A stretch of DNA of 64,000 nt, from positions 44,330,001-44,394,000 of the forward strand of contig NC_043013.1 of NCBI RefSeq assembly GCF_006345805.1, written 5' to 3'. Within the stretch, counting starts at the first letter, position 1. Each line of letters opens with the position of its first letter. Origin of the DNA: Octopus sinensis (taxonomy: Eukaryota). Below are positions 10,310-22,760 of the stretch, piece after piece. A model generated the notes under the pieces. The model was not told the DNA's origin, searched no databases, and saw nothing but the letters and a program-made list of their open reading frames with translations. The position numbers and the translations under genes were made by a program.

Positions 10310-12086
10310 GGTTAATATAGGGCGTAACAAATATCAGAAAATCAAAAAAAAAAAATGTGTGTAATAGGTGTAAAACAACTTCCTATGAACGAATATGAAA
10401 AAAAAAATTCGCGCACGCGAAAGGGGGGTGGGGGAGAGGCCTCGGAAAATTCACATCGGGAAGTTCCGAAAGCGTCTGAGGGGCTGACCCGGGCACCAAA
10501 ACAAAAAAAAAATAGTGTAATATGTGTAAAACAACTTGCTCTAAACGACTATCATGAAAAAAATGCGCGCTCGCGAAAGGGGGGTGGGGGAGAGGCTTCG
10601 GAAATTTCACATCTTCAGTCCACGGCCTTTAAACTAAGAAAAAATAGTGTAATTGGTGTAAAACTACTTGTTCTAAACGAGTATCAAGAACACACACTCA
10701 CACATGAATCATAAACTCCGTATTTCGCAAAAAAAAAAAATAAAGAGAAGAAATTCTGGAAAAAGTGAAGAAATGTTGGATCTCATTCCTTGGTTAAAGC
10801 TATTTTAAACATTAAATTTATGCTTTTCTTTGAAATAGTTCAGATATATGCAATTCTTCTCACTTATTAAGATGCATTTATCAGAAAAAAAGAGACAGAA
10901 AAAATTATTATTTTGTGTCAATCCTTCCCTAATTATCCTTTATTAATTAGTTTTGGCGTGTATTTTTTTCCCAAATTTATTTTTTCACCTTTACAACACT
11001 GTTTAGTAAAGCAATTAATTATCTTTATAATTTGCATATTTGACTTATTAATCAAAATTCTCTAGATGTAATATATACTAAGTAATGCATCCTTCATTTA
11101 TGTGTTCCGTTCTGTATTATGCATGCGTGACTGTTTGTATGTAAGTGTGTTTAACTGTGCACATGAATGTGAATATTAAAGAACATATTTATTTACTATG
11201 ATTGTTATTTTCAGAACAAATAAATCTTTTGGCTGTTATGTTATTGATGTTATTATTATTGCTAGTTAAAGGGTGGTGACTTGGCTGAATATTTTGAGTC
11301 TTGTAGTATGTAGTTGTGTTAGTCAATATTCTGAGTTCAAATCCAACTCATTTCTTTATCATCATTATCGATGGACCACTCAAAGAGGTATGTATACATT
11401 ATCATTTTCGTAACATAATTTCTGTAGTATTTCAAGATGTTTCTGACACGTATTTTGATTCACATGGCGGAGATCCAACATTTCTTCACTTTTTCCAGAA
11501 TTTCTTCTCTTTATTTTTTTTTTTTGCGAAATACGGAGTTTATGATTCATGTGTGAGTGTGTGTTCTTGATACTCGTTTAGAACAAGTAGTTTTAACACC
11601 AATTACACTATTTTTTCTTAGTTTAAAGGCCGTGGACTGAAGATGTGAAATTTCCGAAGCCTCTCCCCCATCCCCCTTTCGCGAGCGCGCATTTTTTTCA
11701 TGATAGTCGTTTAGAGCAAGTTGTTTTACACCTATTACGCTGTTTTTGTTTTTGTGCCCGGTTCAGACGCTTTCGGAAATTCCCGATATAAATATTCCGA
11801 GGCCTCTCCCCCACCCCTCTTTCTCGAGAGCGCATTTTTTTTTTTCATATTTGTTTAGAGCAAGTTGTTTTACACATATTACACTATTTTTTTTTTGTTT
11901 TGGTGCCCGGGTCAGCCCCTCAGACGCTTTCGGAACTTCCCGATGTGAATTTTCCGAGGCCTCTCCCCCACCCCCCTTTCGCGTGCGCGAATTTTTTTTT
12001 CATATTCGTTCATAGGAAGTTGTTTTACACCTATTACACACATTTTTTTTTTGATTTTCTGATATTTGTTACGCCCTATATTAACC
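10310..12086. mobile_element. Foldback-type non-autonomous DNA transposon, Merlin-like
   Basis: Perfect 8-bp TSD GAAATTAC (10302-10309, 12087-12094). Termini GGTTAATATAGGGCGTAAC. Arms 10310-10784 and 11470-12086 are nearly identical and built from about 145-bp subrepeats. The spacer is 685 bp with no transposase. Confidence 0.85.
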
Positions 12087-12234
12087 GAAATTACTATACT
12101 GAGAAGAAAGGAGTGTCAGCCGACTGTGGTCGTGGTTTCTCAGGAAGTTACTCATTCTCGGGGTCTCTAGATCTCTATATTGCTTTCACTCCCATTAAAA
12201 GAAAACTTGGTAAGGAATTTAAATAATAATAATG

Positions 12235-13275
12235 ATTGTTTCTACTATAAGTCAGCAAAAGGCCTGAAATTTTGGAGGAGGGGGCTAGTCGATTACATCA
12301 ACCTCAGAGCTCGACTGGTATTTACTTTATTGCCTCCGAAAGGATGAAAAGCAATGCTGACCCCTCGGAATTTGAACTCAGAGTGTAAAGCTGGACAAAA
12401 TGCTGCTAAGCATTTTAAGTGTACTCTTACTCTCTTTACTCTTTTACTTGTTTGTTATTTGACTGAGACCATGCTGGAGCACCGCCTTTAGTCAAGCAAA
12501 TCGACCCCAGGACTTATTCTTTGTAAGCCTAGTTCTTATTCTATCGGTCTCTTTTGCCGAACCGCTAAGTTACGGGGACGCAAACACACCAGCATCTGTT
12601 ATCAAGCGATGTTGGGGGGACAAACACACACAAACACACATATATCTACATATATACGATAGGCTTCTTTCAGTTTCCGTCTACCAAACCCACTCACAAG
12701 GCTTTGGTCAGCCCGAAGCTATAATAGAAGACACTTGCCCAAGGTGCCACGCAGTGGGACTGAACCTGGAACCATGTGCTTTGTAAGCAAGTTACTTAGG
12801 ACAACAGCCACTCCGGTGCTAACGATTCTGCCAGCTTATCAATAATAATAATAATCTTTTCTACTAAAGGCACAAGGCCTGAAATTTGAGAAATGGGAGC
12901 TAGTGCTTAACTGATATTTATTTTATCAACCCCAGAAGGATGAAAGGAAGTGTTGGCCTCAGTGGAATTTGAACTCAGAATTTAAAAGCTAGAAGAAATG
13001 CTGCTAAGCATTTTGTCTGGTGTGTTAACGATTCTGCCAACCTGACTCCTTGCCAATAATAATAATAATGATTTCAAATTTTGGCACAAGGCCAGCAATT
13101 TAGGGGAAGGGTTAAGTCAATTGCAATAACACCAATGCTCAACTGGTACTTATTTTATCGACCCCAAAATGATAAAAGCAAGGTCGTCCCCAACAGCATT
13201 TGATCTCAATGTCAACAGACGAAATGTTGCTAAGCATTTTGCCTGGCGTGCTAATGATTCTGCCAGTTCGCCCCC
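12235..13275 (-). mobile_element. Cluster of three family-2 SINEs, the first split by a family-1 SINE (12425-12814)
   Basis: The family-2 head resumes (GGTGCTAACGATTCTGCCAGC) immediately after the family-1 head at 12814. (AAT)n tails separate the copies. Confidence 0.8.
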
Positions 13276-13450
13276 AAATTTTGGCAGAGAATAATAATAA
13301 TAATAACGGTAGGATTCGGTTCTTCGGTTAGCATAAAATGTTGGTTTCTCTTCCCTTCCTTCTTTCTGTTTTCTAGTCCTTTTCGTTTTTGATATTTTTT
13401 TACTTTCTCCCCCCCACCCTTTTTCCTTTCTGCTATTTTTATTTCTCAAG

Positions 13451-13647
13451 GGTACTGGGTAGTCCAAGTTATTTGCATTACTGCTGCGTCCAGTCATGAA
13501 CCCTCGAGGTGTACCAGAGAGGAGAAGGAAAGCACTTTTGAGATTACAGCATCTGATAAAGTGACACAGATAAAACCAGCTCAAGAAAGTCAGCCCCCTC
13601 CTCTTCCACACCTTTGCGCACCACCATGGGGGAGTTCCATCCTGTGA
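13451..13647 (+). CDS. Candidate terminal exon (YWVVQVICITAASSHEPSRC...PPWGSSIL*)
   Basis: About 100 nt pyrimidine tract, then AG. 64 open codons, and the stop TGA overlaps AATAAA (13647-13652). No family recognised. Confidence 0.2.
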
Positions 13648-13912
13648 ATAAAAGAACCCAAATGGATGGAATGATTTAGGGTACCACGCCTGCTGGACGT
13701 CCAAAGTGATGCTGGTGGAAAGCCCGAAAGCAACAGCTTATTGTTAATTAAGAGTTTAGGCATGATCGTGTATATAGATGAGTGTGTTAGCGTAAGATGT
13801 CTAGATTTTGGTGTCTGAGTAATTTTTATGATACGTGTAAGGTTTTTTTTCTTGTGTTCACATGAAGGAGTGTTCGTGTGTATTTGCGTGTGTATGTGTT
13901 TGTGTGTGTCTG

Positions 13913-14290
13913 TATATATGTGTGTATCTGTATGTATGTGTGTGTCTGTATGTATGTGTGTGTCTGTATGTATGTGTGTGTCTGTATGTATGTGTGTGTC
14001 TGTATGTATGTGTGTGTCTGTATGTATGTGTGTGTCTGTATGTATGTGTGTGTCTGTATGTATGTGTGTGTCTGTATGTATGTGTGTGTCTGTATGTATG
14101 TGTGTGTCTGTATGTATGTGTGTGTCTGTATGTATGTGTGTGTCTGTATGTATGTGTGTGTCTGTATGTATGTGTGTGTCTGTATGTATGTGTGTGTCTG
14201 TATGTATGTGTGTGTCTGTATGTATGTGTGTGTCTGTATGTATGTGTGTGTCTGTATGTATGTGTGTGTCTGTATGTATGTGTGTGTATG
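13913..14290. repeat. Homogeneous 18-bp tandem repeat (TGTATGTATGTGTGTGTC)n, about 20 units
   Basis: Direct reading. It explains the YIQTHT/HTHTYR ORFs in the track. Confidence 0.95.
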
Positions 14291-14668
14291 TTCGTCATTT
14301 TCTCTGTGCATTTGTGCATATACGTATGTGTATGTGCAGACACATGTCTGTATCTGTGTTATGTATGAGTATGTATGCGATCACTATGGGTGAGAATGAG
14401 TGCCTGTGTCTGTGTGTGCGTGTGTGTCTGTGTTTGTATTTGTATGTGTATGCATATCTAGTTGCTTGTGTGTGTACATGCATGTGTGTGATGGTTGTTG
14501 AAGCATATGTTCTCTCTTACATTAGACGGAAGTATGAGAGATGGTGAGAAGATAATCTGCTGTACTATTACTGAACAGTTAATACCACTGAGACAAACTA
14601 CATGCATGTGTGTGTATATATATATATACGGTTCTGGTAATATTACACACACACACACGTGTATATAT

Positions 14669-14719
<51 letters not shown>

Positions 14720-15096
14720 TATATGTATATATATATAACCAGAGCGTGTATATTAGCAGGAAATAAGACTAGTTTAACAACAGTGAGACGTAGAGGTCAA
14801 TATATTTAAACATTCTGTCGCCTTGATTTATTGCTCCCGAAATCCCAAGATGAATTGACACACCACCGTGTTCTCTATGTTTTGCACAATAATTACATTC
14901 CAAAAAATTTGATACAAGGAAGTATATTTGTTCTAGAACATAATTTTTGTTTGCAGGGTAGTGCTGGATGTCGTGTCGTCTTCTTACAGAGCCAAATGAT
15001 CTTCATTATGCATTTAAGTCTCGAAAAAATATATAGTATAAAATATGTATTTGGTAATATGCTATGTAGTTTAAGCATGATACACAGGCAAAATTA

Positions 15097-15455
15097 TCAT
15101 CATCGTTTAATGTCCACTTTCCATGCTAGCATGGGTTGGACGATTTGACTAAGGTCTGGTGAACCAGATGGCTGCACCAGGCTCCTGTCTTGATCTGGCA
15201 GAGTTTCTACAGCTGGATGCCCTTCCTAACGCCAACCACTCCGAGAGTGTAGTGGGTGGTTTTTACGTGCCACTGGCACGGGGGCCAGTCAGGCGGTACT
15301 GGCAACGACCTCGCTCGAATCTTTTTACACGTGCCAGTCAAGCGACGTTGGTAACGATCATGCTCGAATGGTGCCCTTTTACGTGCCACGGGTACGGAAG
15401 CAAGTTGGCTGCTCTGGCAACGATCACGCTCGGATGGTGCTCTTGGCACCCTACT
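15097..15455 (-). mobile_element. SINE-like family 4
   Basis: Aligns with 8366-9040. Confidence 0.8.
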
Positions 15456-16104
15456 AGTTTGGTTAAGAATTTCGCATTGTAACCTTGTGGCTTCGGTTTC
15501 ATTCTTAATGCATGTCACATTGGGCAAATCTCTTCTACTGTAGCCTGGGGTTGATTCATGCCTTGTAGAGTTTAGCTATCATGCAATATACAAAAGTGCA
15601 TCATGTGTGCACGCATGCACACATACACGCACAAACACACACATACAGCACAATGTAAGAGCCCACCTTTTGATAAAAGTCTGATGAAATGCCACTTCTA
15701 TGTAATCAACCTACCTTTGTGGTTATCATCACTGTCTACAATTCTGTTCCAGTTGTTTTAAAATTTGGTATATGGATTAAGTTTTGTATACTAATTATGA
15801 AAACGAAATTTGGTTTTCCTATAATTTCATAATTAAAAAATTATTAGCCTTTAAAATTTTGGTATTTTAGCCAATCAGAAGCGAGTATTTTACACATCAC
15901 CGTGAAGTTATATTGGCATATTAAGCAAAAAAGCACCATGTGTTCCATAGCCGATGGTGAAGAGCTCTGTTTCTATAGTAACCAAAGATGCTACACATGC
16001 GCACAAGGAGTGTAACCGCCAAATTGAGAGTACTTAGGAATTTTTAAAGCATGGATTCAAACGTTCACTCTTATCTTTGTGAATTCATGTAGTAAAGGAG
16101 ATAT

Positions 16105-16488
16105 GAGTAAGATACTCTCTTTACTCTCTTTTATTTGTTTCAGTCATTTGACTGTGGCCATGCTGGAGCACTGCCTTTAGTCGAGCAAATCGACCCCAGG
16201 ACTTATTCTTTCTAAGCCTAGTACTTATTCTATCAGTCTCTTTTGCCGGGGACATAAACACACCAGCATCGGTTGTCAAGCAATGTTGGGGGGACAAACA
16301 CAGACACACAAACATATACATATATGACAGGCTTCTTTCAGTTTCCATCTACCAAATCCACTCACAAGGCTTTGGTCAGCTCAAGGCTATATTAGAAGAC
16401 ACTTGCCCAAGGTACCACGCAGTGGGACTGAACCTGGAACCATGTGGTTGGTAAGCAAGCTACTTGCCACACAGCCACTCCTGCACCT
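16105..16488 (-). mobile_element. SINE family 1
   Basis: Consensus match. Confidence 0.9.
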
Positions 16489-17783
16489 ATAATGATGTCT
16501 AATTTTTTAATTAAATAATTCTTAATTATCTCTATTTTCATATATATATATATATCTTTTACTTGTTTCAGTCAGTAGACTGTGGCCATGCTGGGGCACC
16601 ACCTTTTTAAGGTCTGATACATTCTTAAATTACAAAGGCACCAAGGTAGAGACGGAGATCTTCCATCTGTGCACTAACAATGTGTATGGGCATATATGTA
16701 CTGACTAAAGTAAATGCGGATTTGTCCCTCCAATTATGCACACATTCGCAAGCATTGACCGAATACACAACATGTCATCAAAGTCACACAGGAGTACACT
16801 CACAGTATTCAATAATTGACAATAGGTTCAAGATCCAACACAGGGAAGGTCCCAAGTGTGGTGAAGTATAAACAGATGAGCTGAGATTCACTACAGCCGT
16901 TTCAGACTCTCTCCACTGCAACTTGCATTATGTTCTATTAATGTGAAGAATCCGAAGCATCAAATTCTACTCTTAATTCACCTGAAGTAAACTTTTTTGT
17001 TGTTTTTTTTACATGATGTAACAATTTTGTTCATCAATAAAAAAAACACACCTGAAACAGCTGTAGTGAACCTTAACCCATCTGTGTTATTGTTTATACA
17101 TATAAATATTATTGACCATACATATTTAACGTAAGAACCTTGTATATTTGCCAGTAGGCTACGATTTGGTGTGGTGGAGAATACTCTACCAAAGCGACAG
17201 TAGACAGCCTGCTGGCAAAAATGTAACACCTATATGTTAAGTATGTGTGGTCAACAATGTTTATTATGCTAGCACTGCTTTTAATTCTTATTTGAATGAG
17301 TGTGTATGAAATTGATAAATTAAATGTAATTGATGGTAAAAATTTTGCAGTTTCATTTTGACTAAAATACTTGCAATTCCAGAGCAAAATCTCTCACTCC
17401 CACTCTTTTTTTTTTTATTTCCGTCTAAATGAGTGAAACACATCATATGTAATGTCACTCACTGTGAACATCTGAACGATAATGCGTAGTTTATGTGCCT
17501 ATGAAGTTTTGAGAAATGGACTCTTGGGTTTACAACAGTTCGCCTACACAAACACAAACACTTACAAACATGCGTTTGTGTGTACCTAATAAGACTGAAA
17601 CAAGTTTGTTGTTTTCACCAGTCGGTTTAAAAACCACAAACTCTCTTGTTGTGAAGGCGCATGGCCTAATGGTTAGGGTGTTGGCCTCTCGATAGCTAGA
17701 TCACGAGTTCGATTCCTAGACTGGGCTGCATGATGTGTTTTTGAGCAAAACACTTCATTTTCATTTTTCATTGTTCAAGTGCA

Positions 17784-18032
17784 GTGATTCTCAACTGGGG
17801 TTCATATGATTCTTGGGGGGTCCATATAAGATTTTGTTGTTAAAGTTTATGTGCAATAAACTTGTTACAATTCTACAGTACACAAAATATTTCAACATTT
17901 TTTTAATACAGTTCCTAATAATATTTAATTATAAAAGCATAATTGGATTTTTAAAACATTGAATGGCTATGAATGTCCACCCGAGTAAAATAGGAATCAA
18001 AGAGGTCTATAGATTAAAAATAGAGAACCACT
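17784..18032. mobile_element. hAT/Charlie-like MITE
   Basis: TIR CAGTGATTCTC...GAGAACCACTG. The right flank CTCTAGTA resembles the Charlie target NTCTAGAN; the left flank only partly matches. Confidence 0.7.
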
Positions 18033-18109
18033 GCTCTAGTAAACAGAAGAGTGCCACAATCACTGATGCATTGGTAAAAATGCTTTACAATTTAACTTCC
18101 AGCTCACTG

Positions 18110-18310
18110 ATTTCTGAGAAGGCAATGGCAAACCACTGCAGTATTCACCACAAATCTACTCATGGATGGCCGTACTTCCAGCAGTTTATTTGATGGCGGC
18201 AAGGGAGGGTACAGGCCCTCCCATGTTGTATAGAGAGTGCTGGAGAAGGTTAAAATGCACCACAGTACCTGCCCAAGGGCGGACCACCCCTAGGCTAGAG
18301 TAGACTCTCC
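18110..18310 (+). mobile_element. RTE-clade 5' UTR-like fragment
   Basis: GAGAAGGCAATGGCAAACCACT is the motif familiar from BovB/RTE 5' regions. It is followed by a GGGAGGG/CCCTCCC hairpin. Confidence 0.4.
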
Positions 18311-18779
18311 CATTACTATGTTTTCTATATTTCTCGAAAGCTTATGTAACGATGGAATTGAATGTGAAGATATATCAGAAATGAATGACAAACCATATTA
18401 AGTATTAAAATGGCCATTTATTAAGATTGATAATAATTAGTTGTTACAAAAAAGGCAGTGAGTTGGCAGAATCATTACGGCACCAGACAAAATGCTCAGC
18501 AGCATTTCGTCCGTCTTTATGCTTCGAGTTCAAATGCTGCCGAGGTAGACTTTGCCTTTCATCCTTTCGGGGTCGGTGTAATCAACATACCCACTCCACC
18601 AAAATTGCTGGCCTTGTGCCAAAATTTGTCGTTACAATATATAAGAAATATACAACTTCGTCATGTTGGTTGTATGATCTCCATTCTGTATGATAATAGA
18701 TAGCTCATCTCTGTTACTTCTAGAGAAAGAGAGAGATAGTTAAAAAAGATAGCGTTCTCGTGCTCATCACTGGACATAC

Positions 18780-18823
18780 CTGAAGTGAGGAAAATAGCTA
18801 TGATCTTCTTTGGTGCTAAATTA
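18780..18823 (-). CDS. Candidate 44-nt exon (NLAPKKIIAIFLTS)
   Basis: Minus-strand acceptor (CT)n-TTTTTAG and donor CAG|GTATGT. One frame is open, and it is phase-compatible with 16981-16938 (GELRVEFDASDSSH*). Confidence 0.25.
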
Positions 18824-18825
18824 CT

Positions 18826-18861
<36 letters not shown>

Positions 18862-19639
18862 AATTTGGCTTGTGTGCTTATATTTTTGCTAATTTAATCA
18901 GGTCAACCGAAAATAATAGAATTCTACTTCTATATAAGGTTTGATCATTGAATGCCTTGAAAAGGATCTGAGAGATCAACTTAATCTTATTAATCTCTTA
19001 GTGCAAAAAGGCTAAGGCAATAGGCCAAGAACTTGTTAATGTGGGAAAATGTCAGTTCACTTTCAAATCTTTGCCAAGGTATTCTTTGGCTGTTCACTGT
19101 ACCTATTTGGAATGAACTACAAAAGCACTGCACAAATGGTCACAGGATTCTCCCAAAACTTACTCTAGATTAGCCCTGTCCAAGCAGACGTATTATGAAA
19201 GTATTACAGACCACAACACTAGGACTTTTTCCAAGTATTTTGTATCTTGGATCACATTATCTAATATAATTATGTCCTTCAATTTCATTGACCGTAACAA
19301 GTGATTTAAGAGATATTTGGTTGCTATTTCTTGAAGTGGAGCAACTGTGTATAGTTAGTGAGTTGCCACAATGGTACCGTTAGTTTGCTGCAAGGCTTGA
19401 GACATTTTTTGGTGACTAATCACATAGCTGTCTTGTTATGATGCTCCTTCATGACCTCACTACTTACTGGTGATCACCTAAAAACCTTCAACGATCTGAA
19501 CAATTGCCAAAATGCAGCAAAAGGAAAGCTTGGAGGATTTTGACAAATATTACCATTAGAAATATCGTATGGGTAAATCCAAAAACAGTTTTTGATAATA
19601 TAATATTTTACAAACATTTTACAAAAGAATATATATTTA

Positions 19640-19997
19640 GTTGAAATCTGTGTGTTTAAACAGATTTTATCTCGGGAGGGTCATTATGCCAATAATGAAC
19701 ATGCACTGGTCTTATTTCACTTATATGTCTTGCAAACAACCTGCACATGCAAGTGCTACCAGTCAAAAACTCCGTATACCGGAAGCCAGCAAGTGTATGG
19801 GGTCATCAGGAGAGAATGCGCGCCGTTTCGGGACCTACCTCTCAACGGCATCAATGCGCACCGGCCCCCCTCACTGATATGAGGCCCCGCTTGCTAGATC
19901 AGCTGATTATGAAGTTAAACTCAATATCCTTCTAGCTATCGCTCATCGTCTCTTTTTAACCAAATCCAGTGGCTAGCCTTCTCCACTGTAGATTGGA
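19640..19997 (-). mobile_element. 3' end of a HERO-like (RLE-clade) non-LTR retrotransposon
   Basis: Minus-strand translation IQSTVEKASHWIWLKRDDER*LEGY* resembles the EKASxWxW(L/I)KR C-terminus I recall for HERO elements. A GC-rich 3' UTR follows. Confidence 0.6.
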
Positions 19998-20044
19998 TAT
20001 CAGTCATGGTGGTATTGACTTTATTATTATTATTATCATCATTG

Positions 20045-20520
20045 TGTGAGAGAGCATTGCATGCCATCTAAGTGACACTGGGGTAAAATATAGGAAGCCC
20101 AGTACACCCATCAGGACTACCCATCTGATAAGGGTACATCACGCACATGCATCACAACCAAATGTGCGCAACATGGTGATCTCATATCAAGATAAAGAGC
20201 ACATGACCTTGTAGGTGGGGTCCAGTTAGAATTTTCTTCTGGTCGAGTAACCTATCCCACTCAAAAGGTCCCCGAATAAGGGTTGTTTAAGGATGTTGAA
20301 CGAAACACCCATGTTTCCAGAGGCGAATTATTCAAACTCCAAAGAATCCCTCTCAACACATGGCTATGATGCTCCCCCACTACGTTTGCTCGTGATCAGA
20401 GATACACATATCGTCAGCCACTAAGGGACATGCTCAACTGGTTAAGGTCAAACAACTGACAAGCAAGTCTGTGGTACTGAGCAGAATATTTGCTGTAGCC
20501 CATCTTTTATACCAAGACAA
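20045..20520. mobile_element. Unclassified interspersed repeat, probably a retroelement UTR
   Basis: Higher-GC block bounded by (ATT)n runs, with no ORF. The classification is from recollection only. Confidence 0.35.
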
Positions 20521-21152
20521 AATACTATTATTATTATTATTAGTCAATTGAAGGTGGTGAGCTGGCAGAATCGATACCACGCTTGACAAAATTCCACCGA
20601 GGCCGATTTTATCTTTCATCCTTTCAAGGGTGATAAAACATATACCAGTCAAGTACTAGGCTCGATGTAATTGGCTTACCTCTTTCCAACCAAAAACTGC
20701 TGGTCCTGTCACAAATTGGAACTATTATCGTTAGTCAATTAATTAACTATTTAATCAAGTAACAAATCGATTGTTTGATTATTGTTTGTTCAATCAAGCG
20801 GTTAGTTTCGTCAAAGCCCTTTTTGTTGCCATTCTTGCCCTCATCTATGATATCCTCTCTCTACTGTGGGTCTGCTTCGGGTCTGTCGAAGTAGATCTGC
20901 AGTAGAGAAGGTGATGTCATTAAGTCTGCTAACCTAGATATTGTGATTTCGTTTTAGAACACTGATTAAAAGTCTACGCAGACTGCGTTAACCTGGATTA
21001 AATATCATCATACTAGGAAACAATTTTGATTGGTCATAAAAGGTGCTGAGTTTAGCTGATACATTTGACAAAAATAAAACCTGAAGTTAAAACATTTTGA
21101 GCTTCTATTTAAGGTTCTGACAAGCAGGATTTTCAATTAGTTTCTATTTCAG

Positions 21153-21291
21153 ATACATTTGTTCTGGTTTCTGAACTATCTGGATTTGAAGCTAAACGTT
21201 ATGATACACAATCCTTATTAGGCTTAGAGCAGGACTTTTTTTTCACGTTTTGGGTGACAGGATTCCTAAACATGTTCTCAAGTGTCTACTG
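21153..21291 (+). CDS. Candidate exon (DTFVLVSELSGFEAKRYDTQSLLGLEQDFFFTFWVTGFLNMFSSVY)
   Basis: TTTCTATTTCAG acceptor, G|GTAAAT donor, 45 open codons. Could arise by chance. Confidence 0.15.
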
Positions 21292-21354
21292 GTAAATTGT
21301 TTTTTTTTATATTAGGAACCAAGAGACATTAAAACTACATCTATGCTTAATAGG

Positions 21355-21678
21355 TGACATTCCGTCGGTTACGATGACAAATGTTTTGGTTGATCCGATC
21401 AGCAGAACTGCCTGCTCATGAAATTAATGTGCAAGTGGCTGAGCACTCCACAGATATGCATATCATTAACATGGTTCTCAGGGAGATTCAACATGACACA
21501 GGATATGACCAGATGGCTAGTCCTTTGACTTACAGGGTTAGAGGTACAACTCATTTTCGTGAGCCGAGTGGACTGAAGCAATGTGAAATAAAATGTTCTA
21601 CTCAAGGAAACAACACACCGCCAGGAATCGAACTCATGATCTTACAACTGTGAACTGAATACCCTAACCACTAAGCCT
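21355..21678 (-). mobile_element. tRNA-derived SINE (family 3-related, old)
   Basis: Shares the GTGGCTGAGCACTCCACAGA domain with 30551-30919 and has a reverse-strand A/B-box head. Confidence 0.7.
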
Positions 21679-21944
21679 CTGAGCTTAATACCTCAAGAAA
21701 ATTGCTGTTGAAAGAGTTGGGGATGCTGTATCCATTTTAAATAGTTACATTCTATTAGCATATTTAAAATAGTGAGCATAAAAAAAACCTAATGCAAAAT
21801 ACTATTGCATAATTATTTCTAATCTGCTGATTTTTGGCAATTTTCCAGAACCTCCGTTTCCGAAAATGGGGATTTTTGGCAAAAAAAATTACAAAAATAA
21901 ACAAATTTGGGAGAAAATGAAGTGGGCGGAAGTCTTTCCCATCG

Positions 21945-22487
21945 ACCTCAGTGCACAACTGAGACTTATTCAACTTACCCCGAAAAGATGAAAGGCAAAG
22001 CCGACTCAACGGAATTTGAACTCAGAACGTAAGGACGGACAAAATGCCGCCAAGCATTTTGCTTGGTGTGCTAACGATTCGGCCAGATCGCAGCCTTCTC
22101 AATAATAATAATAATTTCTGCACAAGACCAGCAATTTTAGGAGAGGGGTCAAGTCGATTACATTGACCCTTGTGTTCAACTGATATTTTATCGACCTCGA
22201 AAGGATGAAAGACATAGTTGACCTAGACGATATTTGGAAGTTATGACTATAGTAGAAAGGATTGTTATCAATAAGGCGGCGAGCTGGCAGAATAATTAGT
22301 GGACAGGACAAAATGCTCAGCAGCATTTCATCCGTCTTTACGTTCTGAGTTTAAATGCTGCCGAAGTCGACTTTGCCTTTCATCTTTTCGGGGTCGATAA
22401 AATAGTACCAGTCAAGCACAGGAGTCGATGTAATCGACTAACTCCACTTCCCTCCAAATTTCAGGCCTTGTGCCTATAATAGAAAGG
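21945..22487. mobile_element. Cluster of family-2 SINEs (two minus, one plus)
   Basis: Consensus matches with (AAT)n tails. Confidence 0.8.
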
Positions 22488-22489
22488 AT

Positions 22490-22760
22490 TTGATCCACCT
22501 GTTAACAGAATCCATCGGGAAGATCGCTGTCTTTATATGCCTGGTGGCCACGGTAAAAGAGGTTGTATGGTGGACAAGATTGAAGGGGCTAAAGATAAAC
22601 ACCTTTCTCTTTGGCCAATCCCTCATCGACTTCGAGTTTCTCTTGAAAAAGAAAATAAGGATGGAGAGGGAACTGTTACCTTCTAATCATTTTGTTGAAT
22701 GATGGACGAGAGTGGCAAGAATGATGTGAGTGAACGGGCCTGCCCCAGAAGTCATAGCAC
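22490..22760 (+). mobile_element. L1/Tx1-like LINE 3' coding fragment
   Basis: KIAVFICLVATVKEVVWWTRLKGLK...KKKIRMERELL...*WTRVARM resembles the L1/Tx1 ORF2 C-terminus (KxxIWxxR...KIRxE...W). Confidence 0.6.

Noticed and set aside
10276-12208. Possible exon disrupted by the foldback element (donor TTG|GTAAGG at 12209)
   Set aside because: The reconstructed empty site has stops in all three frames and the acceptors are weak.
2819-15052. Several exon-like frames read well if TAG/TGA were Trp, suggesting stop-codon repair by A-to-I editing
   Set aside because: No recognisable protein results. TGG-to-TAG/TGA is ordinary decay, and the dead HERO, Tx1 and mariner copies here show the same kind of in-frame stops.
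18190-20520. HDV-like ribozyme in the RTE-like or UTR-like segments (18190-18310, 20045-20520)
   Set aside because: I could not assemble P1/P1.1/P2/P3 with the required GG and catalytic-C junction.
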